Shown: positions 24,058 to 37,110 of the stretch, in pieces | How positions within the stretch are numbered: the stretch's first letter is position 1 | Layout of the letters: each line of letters begins with the position of its first letter | Assembly (NCBI GenBank): GCA_977017645.1 | Contig: OZ360220.1 | Coordinates: forward strand, 99,572,001-99,636,000 | Direction of reading: 5' to 3' | Length of the DNA: 64,000 nt | Origin: Torpedo marmorata | Lineage: Eukaryota | The notes under the pieces: model-generated | Told to the model about the DNA's origin: nothing | Database searches by the model: none | What the model saw: the letters and a program-made list of their open reading frames with translations, nothing else | Program-made: the position numbers and the translations under genes

Positions 24058-24945
24058 TCCTCCCCCACACCCCCTCACACCCCTCCCCCACACCCCCTCA
24101 CACCCCTCCCCCACATCCCCTCCCCCACACTCCCCCACACCCCTCCCCCACACCCCCTCACACCCCTCCCCCACACTCCCTCACACCCCTCCCCCACACT
24201 CCCCCACACCCCTCCCCCACAATCCCTCACACCCCTCCCCCACACTCCCCCACACCCCTCCCCCACACTCCCTCACACCCCTCCCTCACACCCCCTCACA
24301 CCCCTCCCCTCACACTCCTCCCCCACACCCCCTCACACCCCTCCCCCAAACTCCCTCAACCCCTCCCCCACATCCCCTCACACCCCTCCCCCACATCCCC
24401 TCACACCCCTCCCCCACATCCCCTCACACCCCTCCCCCACATCCCCTCACACCCCTCCCCCACACCCCCTCACACCCTCCCCCACACCCTCACACCTTCC
24501 CTCACACCCCTCCCCTACACCCCTGACACCCCACCCCACACTCCCTCACACCCCTCCCCCATACCCCCTCACACCCCTCCCCCACACTCCCTCACACCCC
24601 TCCCCCACACCCCCTCACACCCCTCCCTCACACCCCTCCCCCCACACCCCCTCACACCCTCCCCCACACCCTCACACCTTCCCTCACACCCCTCCCCCAC
24701 ACCCCTTCACACCCCTCCCCAAACCCCTGACACCCCTCCCCCACACTCCCTCACACCCCTCCCCCACACGCGCTCACACCCCTTCCCCACACCCCCTCTC
24801 ACCCCTCCCCCACACTTCCTCACAACGCTCCCCCACCACTCCCTGACACCCCTCCCCCACACTCTCTCACACACCTCTCCCCCACACTCTCTCACACACC
24901 CCTCCCCCACATTCTCTCACACGCCCCTCCCTCACACACCCGTCG
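24058..24945. repeat. C-rich low-complexity repeat (CACACCCCTCCCC)n after a 100-N gap
   Basis: Direct repetition. Confidence 0.9.
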
Positions 24946-25198
24946 CCCACACCATCTCAGCACTGTCCCCACATCCCTGAGGAATGACCCAGACACCCCC
25001 TCAGCACTGGATGGCCATCCACCTCTCCCGTTGCAGTGTTGTGGATGTACTGTGCCCTTGCCTGTGTTGAGGTGGTACTGACTGGGACTTCCAGAAGGGG
25101 TGAGAGGGGTCAGCCAGCTGTGAGCTACAGACGGGACGTTACACCCCACGTTATTGAGGCTGCCAGGCTCGACGCTGACAGGATGTGTCCCACCTTAG

Positions 25199-25316
25199 GT
25201 TGGTTTTAAAGCGATAAAGTCGGACAAAGAAGAGATTGGTTACATTGCCATTGACGACATCAAGTATCTCACTGGTGTGAACTGTCAGGGAGTTAGAACC
25301 GATAAAGATGTTTCCG
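25199..25316 (+). CDS. MAMDC4: MAMDC4 exon ending the last MAM domain (not in ORF track)
   Basis: VGFKAIKSDKEEIGYIAIDDIKYLTGVNCQGVRTDKDVS; 118 nt, phase 0-1; donor GTAAGA. Confidence 0.88.
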
Positions 25317-25341
25317 GTAAGATGGTGTAAGAGTGAATCTT

Positions 25342-27868
25342 TTTTTTAAAATTTTATTTAAAATTTTTAAATCACACATTACATAGTTTAAAATGCAAAA
25401 TTATCAAATTACATGTGATACATTTTCACCCCCTCCTCCCTCCCTCCCTCCCTCCACTCCCTAACCCTCCCGAAAAAAAGAGAGGAAGAAGAAAAAGATA
25501 AAGTAAGGAGAATGTCACTCTAAACAAAACAACTATAAACTAATTTTATTGTGGAGCACAGGTTCGCAAGTCAGATCCAATATCCGGAGATCTTCAAATC
25601 CTTAAACCGACAGTTTTTATATATGGGCTCCATATTTTCAAGAAGAAATTATATTTATTACGTAAATTATAAGTAATTTTTTCAAGTGGTATACATGAAC
25701 GAAGTTCCGCATGCCATCTTTCTAACCCTAAATCTACATCCGATTTCCATGTAATAGCAATACATTTCTTAGAAACAGCTAAAGCAATTCGTAAAAATTC
25801 TGTTTGATACATATTTAATTTCATTTTAACACTGATTCTTTTAATATCTCCAAACAAAAATATCATAGGATCCATTGGGAGTGTCATTCTTAATACTTTA
25901 TCTAAAAACTTTTCAACTTTCAACCAAAAATCATATATCTTTGGACAAAACCATGTAGAATGTACAAAAGAACCTTCCTCTCTATTACATCTAAAACATA
26001 AGCTGGATAATGTCGGATTAAATTTCTTTAATTTTTTAGGTGTTAAATATAATTGATGAAAAAAATTATATTGCACCAATCTATATCTAGCATTAATAAT
26101 CTTCGTCATACTTTGTTTACATAATTCTTTCCAATGTTCTTCCTCTATTGTTACATTCAAATCTGATTCCCAATTTAATCTTGATTTTTGAATTCCTAGT
26201 TTAGGCATTTTCCTCTGTAACAATCTATACATTTGAGAAATAAATTTATTAACACCTCCATTAGTAACTAATAATTCCAATTCACTCTGTCTTGGTAAAA
26301 TCAAACTATGGCCCAACCTTTCAACTAAAAATGCTCTGATTTGATAGTAAGCAAAGATTGTATTATTTGCTACATTAAACTTATCTTTCATTCTTTGAAA
26401 CGTAATAAATTTACTAGCTTCAATACAATCATTTATTTCCTTAATTCCCTTTTGGAATCAAATTTTAAATAATTGATTATCAACAGTAAATGGGATTTAC
26501 AGTGTGAGGCATTTTTCGAGAAATTGACCCTTTCGCTCCAATTTCTCTATCCACTCTATTCCATATTTCTAACAAATGTTTAAAAATAGGAGAATTTTTC
26601 CCTCTTGTTAATAATAATTTAGAACTCCATTTATAAATAACTTCTACTTTCAAATCCTCTCCTATATTATTTAATTCTATTCTAATCCAAGCAGAGAGTT
26701 TTCCTAAATCAAACATTTCGTTAATAAATTTTAATTGGGCTGCTTTATAGTAATATTGAAAATTAGGAAGTTGTAGACCACCCGTTTCATAATTCCAAGT
26801 TAATTTCTCCATACCTACTCTAGCCAACTTTTCTTTCCACAAGAATTTCCTAATAATTAAATTTAAATCTTTTTAAAAATTTCAGGAATTTCATAAGGAA
26901 TTGATTGAAAAAGATATTGAATTCTCGGAAAAACATTCATTTTAATACAATTTACTCTTCCCATTAAAGTTATAGGTAAATCCTTCCAACTCTCCAGAAC
27001 TTTTTTTATATTCACAAATAATGGTAAATAGTTTAATTTATACAGATTAGTTAATTTTGTATCAATCTTTATTCCCAAATATTTAATTCCTTCCTTTGAC
27101 CATTTAAATTGTGTAATATCTTTACATTTACTATAATCCCCTTGTGTTAAAGGCATAATTTCACTTTTATCCGAATTAATCTTATAACCAGATATTTCCC
27201 CATATTCTCTCAATAAACAGTCAATTGCATTAAAGAATTAATAGGTTTTGTCATATATATCAATACGTCATCTGCAAATAAACTAATTTTGTGTTCTTCA
27301 TTACCAAATTTAATACCTGCAATCTTAATATCTTGTCTAATTAATTCTGCTAAAGGTTCTATTGCTAAAATAAACAATGCTGGCGATAAAGGACATCCTT
27401 GTCTAGTAGACCTAGTTAAGGAAAATTTTGAAGAAATTTATCCATTTGTGACCACTCTAGCAGAGGGTTCTTTATATATAGTTTTAATCCAATTAATAAA
27501 TGTATTTCCAAAACCAAATTTTTCCAGTACCTTAAATAAATAATTCCACTCTAATCTATCAAAAGCCTTTTCGGCATCTAATGTTAATACTAATGCCAAT
27601 TCCTTTCTTTTGTGCCACATTTATTAAGCTAATTAATCTAGCGATATTATCTTTTGAATATCTGTTCTTAATAAAACCTGCTTGATCTACATGAACTAAA
27701 TCTGGTAAATATTTAGCCACTCTATTTGCTAAAATTTTCGCCATTATCTTATAGTCCACATTTAACAACGAAATTGGTCTATATGATTCTGTTTTCAACA
27801 CGTCTCTATCCTTTTTAGGTATAACTGTTATTATTGCATTTGAAAAGGTTTCCTGTAGAGAATGAGTT
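25342..27868 (-). mobile_element. 5'-truncated L1, same family as 4213-8421, 17-bp TSD
   Basis: TSD GTGTAAGAGTGAATCTT at 25325-25341 and 27869-27885; frameshifted RT and C-terminal ORF2. Confidence 0.95.
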
Positions 27869-27974
27869 GTGTAAGAGTGAATCTTCTCACTAAAGCTGCA
27901 GAGTTTGAGGGAACCAGTCAGGGCATGTAGAGTGAAGTCTGACCTGACTCAGTGCTGCTATACCTTGTAGTTCT

Positions 27975-29600
27975 CCCATCACACATGGTTAGCACATGGG
28001 ATAGACTCAGAGTGAAGCTCTCTCTACACCGTCCCAGTACACACTCCCAGGGTTAGACACAGAGTGAAGCTCTCTCTACACCGTCCTAGTACACACTCCC
28101 AGGGTTAGACACAGAGTGAAGCTCTCTCTACACCGTCCCAGTACACACTCCCAGGGTTAGACACAGAGTGAAGCTCCCTCTGCACCGTCCCAGTACACAC
28201 TCCCAGGGTTAGACACAGAGTGAAGCTCTCTCTGCACCGTCCCAGTACACACTCCCAGGGTTAGACACAGAGTGAAGCTCTCTCTACACCGTCCCAGTAC
28301 ACACTCCCAGGGTTAGACACAGAGTGAAGCTCCCTCTGCACCATCCCAGTACACACTCCCAGGGTTAGACACAGAGTGAAGCTCTCTCTACACCGTCCCA
28401 GTACACACTCCCAGGGTTAGACACAGAGTGAAGCTCCCTCTGCACCGTCCCAGTACACACTCCCAGGGTTAGACACAGAGTGAAGCTCTCTCTACACCGT
28501 CCCAGTACACACTCCCAGGGTTAGACACAGAGTGAAGCTCCCTCTGCACCGTCCCAGAACACACTCCCAGGGTTAGACACAGAGTGAAGCTCCCTCTGCA
28601 CCGTCCCAGTACACACTCCCAGGGTTAGACACAGAGTGAAGCTCCCTCTGCACCGTCCCAGTACACACTCCCAGGGTTAGACACAGAGTGAAGCTCCCTC
28701 TGCACCGTCCCAGTACACACTCCCAGGGTTAGACACAGAGTGAAGCTCCCTCTGCACTGTCCCAGTACACACTCCCAGGGTTAGACACAGTGTGAAGCTC
28801 CCCCTACACCTTCCCATCACACATTCCCAGGGTCAGACACAGAGTGAAGCTCCCCCTACACCGTCCCAGTACACACTCCCAGGGTTAGACACTGATTGAA
28901 GCTCCCTCTGCACCATCCCAGTACACACTCCCAGAGTTAGACACAGAGTGAAGCTCCCTCTGCACCGTCCCAGTACACACTCCCAGGGTTAGACACAGAT
29001 TGAAGCTCCCTCTGCACCGTCCCAGTACACACTCCCAGGGTTAGACACAGAGTGAAGCTCCCCCTACACCTTCCCATCACACATTCCCAGGGTCAGATAC
29101 AGAGTGAAGCTCCCCCTACACCTTCCCATCACACATTCCCAGGGTCAGATACAGAGTGAAGCTCTCTCCGCTCCGTCCCATCACACACTCTCGCGTGAAG
29201 CGAGTGAAGCTTCCTCTATACTGTCCCATCACACGCTCCCAGGGTCAGATACAGAGTGAAGCTCCTTTCACACTGTCCCATCACACACTTCCAGGGTTAG
29301 ACACAGGGTAAAGCTCCCTCTCCACCATCCCATCACACATTCCCAGGGTTAGACATAGAGTGAAGCTACCCCTACGCCTTCCATCACAAACTCCCAGTGT
29401 TAGACACAGGGTGAAGCTCCCTCTATACCATATCATCACACACTCGCTGGGTGTATCATAGTGTGAAACTCCTTTCACACTGTCCCATCACACATTCCCT
29501 AGGTTAGATACAGAGTCAGGTTCCCTACACACTGTCCTATCACACACTCCCTGAGTTTGTCACAGAGTGAAGCTCTGTTCACACTGTCCTGTCCTAAACT
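27975..29600. repeat. 52-bp minisatellite (GGGTTAGACACAGAGTGAAGCTCCCTCTGCACCGTCCCAGTACACACTCCCA)n
   Basis: Units at 28051, 28103, 28155 and onward; homogeneous 5' part, degenerate 3' part. Confidence 0.95.
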
Positions 29601-30639
29601 ACCAGGGCAGGGAGAGGGCTTTGTTCTCCCTGGAGGAAGCCACTGAGAATTACTAGGAAAACCTACTGAAGGTGAGCCCAGAGGGTGCTGATCATTAATC
29701 ACTCTGCTGGAGCTGGCAGAGATGACTGCTCCGGGGGAGGTCGACAGAGATGGCCCTCTCGTGGTGCATGGCAGTCATTGTCCTGCTGCCTTTGAGGAGT
29801 TATCTCTGCCTCCTGTACAATTGGGGTCCTGTTCCCCATTCAGCACAGATTATTGGATCTTTGCCCAGGTCCCGTCTACCCCATTGGGCTCCATACTTGC
29901 CCACATGATCCACCCTGACTAGTCCTACACAGTCCCATGCAGGTCCATCCAGGACAACATCCATCTGGTACACCTTTCCCAGGAGAAGACGGTCGACAGG
30001 GTGGATTATGAATACCATTCTGGGACTGTGTGTGTTCGGACTCGTGATGCATTTCGTGGCCTGGTATGTTGTTGCAGAGGGCCTGGTTTGTCCTTGATGG
30101 CATCCCTTCACTTTGGGAGAGGTGTACATTAGGAATGTCCCACATCCAGCCAGTGGTGCTCCATGTATTTGGAATCAGTACCCTGTCTCCGGTGGAGAGG
30201 GCAGGCTCTGCGCAGGCTAGACATGGAGGTTGTCCTCCTGGCTTACGCCGATGTGCTCCTCGTAGTAACAGATCCGGAGGAAGAGGGAGCTAGATGCCAC
30301 TTAATCCCACGGCTGATGCTTCCGGCAGTGCTCTCACAATGATTGTCAGGTCTCTTGAATTGGGGGTGACCTTAACAAGGCTGATCCCCCCCACTCCACC
30401 CCCACCTTCAGCTGAAATTGATTATCAGACCCAGGCCCCATCCTCAGGAGCCGGTCCCACATAACCAGACTCTTGGAAATGCCCTCTGTGCCCCTCCACG
30501 CCATATGGAGACGTTATCTGTTCGGGCTGCTCCTTCATACCTTCCACATCCTCATCCTCATTTGTCGCCCAGATGGTCTGTTCTGCCAACTGGCAGCAGG
30601 GAGGTCTCTTCCCCTTCTCATTGGAGACCTGGGGTGGTG

Positions 30640-30910
30640 AAGGCTGCATGGAGCAGTGCCTGGAACATGAGGGTTCATGAACTCCCAGGCCACCTCAGAG
30701 ACTGCAGCCCTTCTTTGAATACTTGGTTCTTATGTGCTCCTGGAAAGAGAGTGAGAGAGCGCACAGTATCCACTGGCTCACTGCAGGCCTTCTGGCACTG
30801 GTGGGCACCACAGGGGCTGCAGTGCATCCTGGACAGCAAGGATCACATTCTGATCTGAAGTTGCTGTGAGCTTTGTAAATGAAGGAATGACGTTGTGGTT
30901 TTAAAAAAAT
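30640..30910 (+). mobile_element. Tx1-like LINE 3' fragment
   Basis: RERTVSTGSLQAFWHWWAPQGLQCILDSKDHILI*; homologous to 45600-45800. Confidence 0.5.
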
Positions 30911-31270
30911 CAAAGGACTCAGTGGTCGGGCCACAGTGTTGGGTCCTCCTGACTCTGCACACAAATTAGTTAAAATTTAAGATCCTCTGAACTATTTACT
31001 GTAACTTTGTAGATGGATGATGAAAGATTATATGTTTATATTAAGTAATAGAATAACATTAATTATAAAAAGCCATATTGATGTAGATCTTCTGTGTTTA
31101 TATATTGAGTAAAGTGTATTTGGAAATTTTAAAAAATGATTTAGGCACAGAATGAAGCTCCCTCCACACCATCCCATCACATACTCCAAGGACAGGGGCA
31201 GCACACAAACAAGTAAAGCTCCCTTTTTGCTGTTCACCTCATGGTTCCAGGTCTAGGACAGTGTAGGTTG

Positions 31271-32031
31271 CACTGGACAACACATTTTTTCAAAAGGTTT
31301 GCTTCCTGAAAAATAAATTGGGGATTATGATAGACAACTTCAAGCTGAACACAAAGATAATTTCAGATTTGCTGTAGGAAGTTGGAGAAACATTAAATTA
31401 ACTTTTATTGAATTTAGCATGTTTAATCACATAATGATGCTGACACATTGCGTCAGTTCAACTGACCTAAAAATGTTTTGCCGCTGATTTTCGTTTGTAT
31501 TCAGCATCTGATGCCTCTCGTGTCAGTGTCCAACAATAGTCGGCCAGATTTGATGGATTCCAGTTGCCCTGATACAGGTTTTCCATGGTCGCAATGTCCT
31601 GGTGAAACCTTTCACCATGTTCGTCACTGACCGCACCAAGATCAGCGAATGCAGAAAATGAATTTTCAATAACATGTTGCACTTCACGGTTTTGTATGCT
31701 TGAAGCACGTTGTCAATCAGATGGATGTAGTTTGATGCTCTGTAGTTGCCAAGAAAATTCTCAACAACATCTTTAAATGCCTTCCAAGCATGCCCAGGCC
31801 TAAGACAACATTTGCATAGCACCTGCACTGAGTGCATGCTGACCAAAACAGCTTGGTTTGTGGGCAATATACTAGTAGACTTAAAATATGACAGGAAATC
31901 ACAAAAATAGGTTATATGTAAAAAAACGGTATGTGATAGGAAAATTTTAAGGTGATTTTCATGATCAGCAGCCCAAAATCCATAAAATACACCCAAAAGT
32001 GTTCAGGAAGCAAAATCTTCGTTGTCCGGTG
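31271..32031 (-). mobile_element. Internally deleted Chapaev3 (CMC superfamily) DNA transposon
   Basis: Termini CACTGGACAAC...GTTGTCCGGTG with subterminal GCTTCCTGAA/TTCAGGAAGC; flanks TTG/TTA; transposase C-terminus LGAVSDEHGERFHQDI...YQGNWNPSNLADYCWTL. Confidence 0.8.
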
Positions 32032-32444
32032 TTATCACGGAGTAAAGCTCTCTCCACAGTGTCCCATCATGTAATTCCAGGGCTGGGACAGTGTGGATTA
32101 GTCACAGAGTAAAGCTCTCTCCACAGTGTCCCATCGTGTCATTTCAGGGCTGGGACAGTGTGGATTAATCACAGAGTAAAGCTCTCTACGATGTCCCATC
32201 GTGTCATTTCAGGGCGAGGACAGTATTGTTGGACACAGAATGAAACTCCCTCTGCACTGTCCTATCACATACTCCCAGGGCACAGGCTTGAAATCGAGTA
32301 AAGATCACTCTACATTGTCTCCTCACATAGGCCCAGGGCAGAGAATTGTTGCCGAGTTTTACGGCACCGAAACAGGCCCTTTGTCCCAACATCTGTGCCA
32401 ATGAGGAGGGTGTGCTGACTGTGGTGTTGTGTGTGTGACTGCAG

Positions 32445-32623
32445 GTGCCAGCAACACTGCTGGGATTGTTGCTGCTGTGATCCTTGTGTTGGCCCTGGTG
32501 GTTTGTCTCGCTGTGGGTACAAATTACTGGTATAAAAACAGGAGCATCTGCTTCCATGGAAGTGTGGACGGACCACGGTCACTGTTCGGCTTTGACAACA
32601 TCAGCTATCGAAATCGTAACAAG
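32445..32623 (+). CDS. MAMDC4: MAMDC4 transmembrane/cytoplasmic exon
   Basis: GASNTAGIVAAVILVLALVVCLAVGTNYWYKNR...GFDNISYRNRNK; 179 nt, phase 1-0. Confidence 0.9.
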
Positions 32624-33169
32624 GTACCGTTGATGGTGGGGATGGGGATGGTGGAGAAGGGAGAAGGGAGGCAATTATATGATACATCCCACAGAGGGGA
32701 GGTGTCCCATTCTCTGCATGTAATAGTCAATGTAGGTATTTGGAGGTTTAATAGAAACAGCTTGGAAAATATAAACAAGGAGAAACTGTTTGCCCAGGGA
32801 AGTGATATAACTTAATTAGCAAACCGAAGAGGTGAATGAAACAAGATTACGTAGGAAGATGGAATGGATACCTGAAAAGATAAACGAAGCTTAAAGAAAT
32901 CAGAAAATAGGAGCAGGAGTAGGCCACTCTATACGGCCCCTGCCATTCAATAGGATCACGCCGGATATGTCCCAGGCCTCATCTGTGCAGGTTCACCATC
33001 ACCCTCAGTTCCTCAATCTTTCAAAAAATTATCCACTTCCTCTTTAAACACCCCCGTACACATTTGTTTACATCTTTTGCCCCTTCCTGTCATGCTTTGA
33101 TCTTTATTTCCCCCTTTCTATCTACTTCCTTGTGATTTATTTAACTTCCCATCATAATAACCTCCATGG

Positions 33170-35035
33170 AGTCACACTGCATTGAAACAGGCCCTTCGGC
33201 CCAACTTGCCCACGCCGGCCAAAATGTCCCACCCACACTAGTCCCGCCTGCCTGCGTTTAGCCATTATCCCTCTAAACCCATCCTATCCATGTATCCGAC
33301 CATTATTTTTTCTTAAACATTGCAATAGTGCCTGCTTCAACCACCTCCTCTGGCAGCCCGTTCCATACACCCACCACCCTCTGTGTAAAAAGAATACCCC
33401 ACAAGTTCTTGCTAAATCTCTCGCCCCTCACCGTAAACCTATGTCCTCTGGTTTCTGATTCCCCTACTCTGGGCAAAAGACTGTGCATTCACCTGATCTA
33501 TTCCCCTCATGATTTTGTACACCTCTGTGAGATCACCTCTCATCCTCCTGCACTCCAAGGAATAAAACCTTAGTCTGCTCAACCTCTCCCGATAGCTCAG
33601 GCCCCCGCGTCCTGGCAACATCCTCGTAAATCTTCTCTGTACCCTCTCCATCTCCCAGCCTGAATTAGTTTGAAGCCCCATCTCCAACCCTCTTTATGTG
33701 ATTCACCAGGTCACCAGTCTCAGCTCGCTTCAGGTGGAGTCCATCCCAACAGAACACCTTTCCCCTTCCCCACAACTTGTGGCAGTGACTTATGATGCAG
33801 AACCCACTTCTCCCACATCAAGCTCTGAGCCACACATTTACCTCTCTAACCCTATTTACTCTTTGCAAATTGGGACGTGGCTCAAACCCTCGTGTTTCTG
33901 CTTTTCAGTTTTGCCCTGAGCTCCTCATAATCCTTCAGCAGATCCTTCTTCCTATTCCTAGTTATGTCATTGGTGCCTTCATGGACCATGACCACTGGAT
34001 CAGAGCTCCCAAGAAATCCTAACCGTGGCTTCCCCTCCACCAACAGTGACAGGGCTCTCAGGCACGACCATGCCATTTCCAGCTTTCGCTCTATCCTCCC
34101 AGTTGAAGCATGGAGCGAGTTCCCCTGGTTTTTGCTTTCCACCCCACCAACCTCCACAAACAACGTTTCAACCTCCATAACATAAAACACTACAGCACTG
34201 TTCAGGCCCTTTGGCCTTCGATGTTGTGCCGACCTATATATTCATACCAAAAAAATACTGAACCCTTCCTACCCCGTAACCCTCTATTTTTCTTCCATCC
34301 ATGTGCCTGTCTAAGAGTCTCTTAAATGCCCCTAATGTTTCAGCCTCCACCACCATCCCTGGCAAGGCATTCCAGGCACCCACAGCTCTCTGTGTAAATA
34401 ACTTACCCCTGATGTTTCCCCTAAACGTCCCTCCCTTCACTTTGTACAGATGTCCTCTGGTGTTTGCTACTCCCGCCCTGGGAAACAGGCGCTGGCTGTC
34501 CACCTTATCTATGCTTCTCAGAATCTTGTAAACCTCTATTAAGTCTCCTCTCATCCTTCTTTCCTTCTTTGCTCCAAAGAGAAAAGTCCCAGCTCTGCTA
34601 ACCTTGCCGTCATAAAACTTATTTTCCAATCTAGGCAACATCCTGGTAAATCTCCTCTGCACCCTCTCCACATCCACATCCTTCCTATAATGAGGTGACC
34701 AGAACTGAACACAATACTCTGTCTCACCAGAGATTTGTAGAGTTGCAACATGACCTCTCTATTCCTGAACTCAATCCCCCTATTAATAAAGCCCAGTATC
34801 CCATAGGCCTTCTTAACTATCCTATCAACCTGCGCGGCGACCTTGAGAGATGTATGGATTTGGATCCCAAGGTCCCTCTGTTCTTCCACACTGTTAAGTA
34901 ACTGACCATTAACCCTGTACTCAGCCTTCTGGTTTGACGTTCCAAAATGTATCACCTCACACTTATCCAGATTGAACTCCATCTGCCACTTTTCCACCCA
35001 ACTCTTCATCCTGTCTATATCCTCTTGTAACGTCT
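33170..35035 (-). mobile_element. Two CR1 3' fragments (33170-33655, 34177-35035) with intervening old repeats
   Basis: ERVQRRFTRMLP, RRMRGDLIEVYKI, WQMEFNLDKCEVIHFG on the minus strand. Confidence 0.85.
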
Positions 35036-35097
35036 GTCAACTTCAACTAGTTTCCACCACTGGAGACCTCTTCCCCTATGCTCCCACTTTGGTAAAA

Positions 35098-35290
35098 AGC
35101 GCCAGTGACCCGGGTTTGAACCTGGCGCTGTCTGTGAGGAGTTTGTATGTTCTCCCCATGACATATGTGGGTTTCCTCTGGATGCTCCGGTTTCCTCCCG
35201 TAGGTTAATTGGTCACATAGGTGTAATTGGGTGGTGCGGGCTCGTGGGCAGGAACGGCCTGTTACCGTGCTGTATCTCCAAATTAAAAAG
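35098..35290 (+). mobile_element. V-SINE (HE1-like), 5' truncated
   Basis: GGTTTGAACC...GAGTTTGTATGTTCTCCCCATG...GGGTTTCCTC. Confidence 0.7.
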
Positions 35291-36721
35291 TAAATTAAGA
35301 AAATTCCAGAGGGACTATTCCATTTATGACTCCCATTCCACCTTCCATCTCCTACAACCACCACCCCACCTCCCCCCACTTCTCAGGACATCCTGCCTGA
35401 CAACCACAGGAAATGCAACACTTGCATTCAGTGATGAAAAGGTGGTCTCCTCTGCATTGGAGAAACCAACCACAGATTGGGCGATCGCCTTGTAGAATTC
35501 CTGTGTTCAATCTGAAGGGGCAACCCTGGGCTTCCGGTTTCATGTTACTTTAATTTTCCATCCCTCTCCGAGCTCTCTGTCTTTGCCCTTCTCCACGAAC
35601 CCAATAACATTCTAGGAGGGCCTTTCATCAGCATCTCATCCTCCACCCAAAACTAATGAATCTTCCTCTTAGGCACCTCCCAGTCCAACTGCAGAAAGTA
35701 CACCACGTGTCCCTCACCTCCAGCCAGGACCACCAACAGACCTTCCAGGTGAGACATGCACCTCGTTCAGCCTAATCTGCATTCGCTGCACTCAATCTGG
35801 CCTCCACTACTTCAGTGAGAGCAAATTCTCATATCGATGAAGATAGACCATAAAACATAGGAGCAGAAACAGGCTATTCAGCCCATAGATTCTGCCCCGC
35901 CATTTAATCATGAGCTGATCCATTTTCCCACTCAGCCCCGCTGCCCGGCCTTCTCCCCATAATCTTTGATGCCCTGGCTAATCAAGAACCTACAAATCTC
36001 TGCTTTAAATACACCCAATGACTTGGCCTCCACAACCGCCTGTGGCAACAATTCCAGAGATTCACCACCCTCTGGCTAAATATATTTCTTGGCATCTCTG
36101 TTCTAAGTGGACGCCCTTCAACCCTGAAGTTGTGCCCTCTTGTCCTAGACTCTCCCACCATGGGAAACAACCTTTCTACATCTACTCTGTCCATGCCTTG
36201 CAACATTCAAAATATTTAAATGAAATTCCCCTTCATTCTAAATTCCAACGAGTACAGGCCAATAGCCATCATATGTTCCTCATATGATAACCCTTTTATT
36301 CTTGGAATCTTCCTTGTGAACCTCCTCTGAACCCTCTCCAATGTCAGCACATCCTTTCTTAAAATGAGGAGCCCAAAACTGCTCACAATACTCCAAGTGA
36401 GGTCTCACCAGTGCCTTATAAAGCCTCAACATCACATCCCTGCTCTTATATTCTTTTCCTCTTGAAATGAATGCCAGCATTGCAATTGCCTTCTTCAGCA
36501 CCGACTCAACCTGCAAGTTTACCTTCAGGGTAAAGGACTCCCAGGTCCCTTTGCATCTGGGTATTTACAATTTTCTCCCCATTTAGAAAATAGTCTGCCT
36601 GTTTATTTTTTCAACCAAAGTGCACGACCGTACACTTTCCTTTTTAAAAAATATTTTATTTTCATTTTTAACAAACAATAAAACAAAATACTTCAAAAAC
36701 AGATATCACATTATATAGTAA

Positions 36722-37110
36722 TGTAGCCGCGCGCTACTCGAAAGAAGTCACACACACGTTGTGTAGTCAGGTTAAGCTCTGACTATTAGGGCTCAAGCCC
36801 AACTATTATATTAGCACAGTTCCCGCTGCGGCCTCCTTTGGCTGACGTCACCATATACATAACAAAAGCGGGTTTCCCACCCGCGGGTACTTTCCTGCAT
36901 AACAATACCCTTCTTCCCCGCGCGCTGTCCCTGTCTGTTGGCTGTGCAGCAAGGCCAGCGCCATTTTGGGGTCGCTGGCCTTTAAGCTGCCCTTGCCGTT
37001 CACCCGTCGGTTCGCTTGTTGGGGCCAGTGCCGCTGCGCGGGCTGCTGGCCTTTGGTTGTGCTCGCCGCCCGGAGCGCCGGCTCGATTGCTGCCGCGGCA
37101 GGCTGCCACA
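36722..37110 (-). repeat. 3' LTR
   Basis: Direct repeat of 40519-40912. Confidence 0.93.

Noticed and set aside
27975-29600. CRISPR-like appearance of regular repeats (also 3678-4212 and 52390-53665)
   Set aside because: No unique spacers, no cas genes, and a eukaryotic intronic context.
29950-30300. Possible RTE-type LINE remnant
   Set aside because: Too degenerate to assign by eye.
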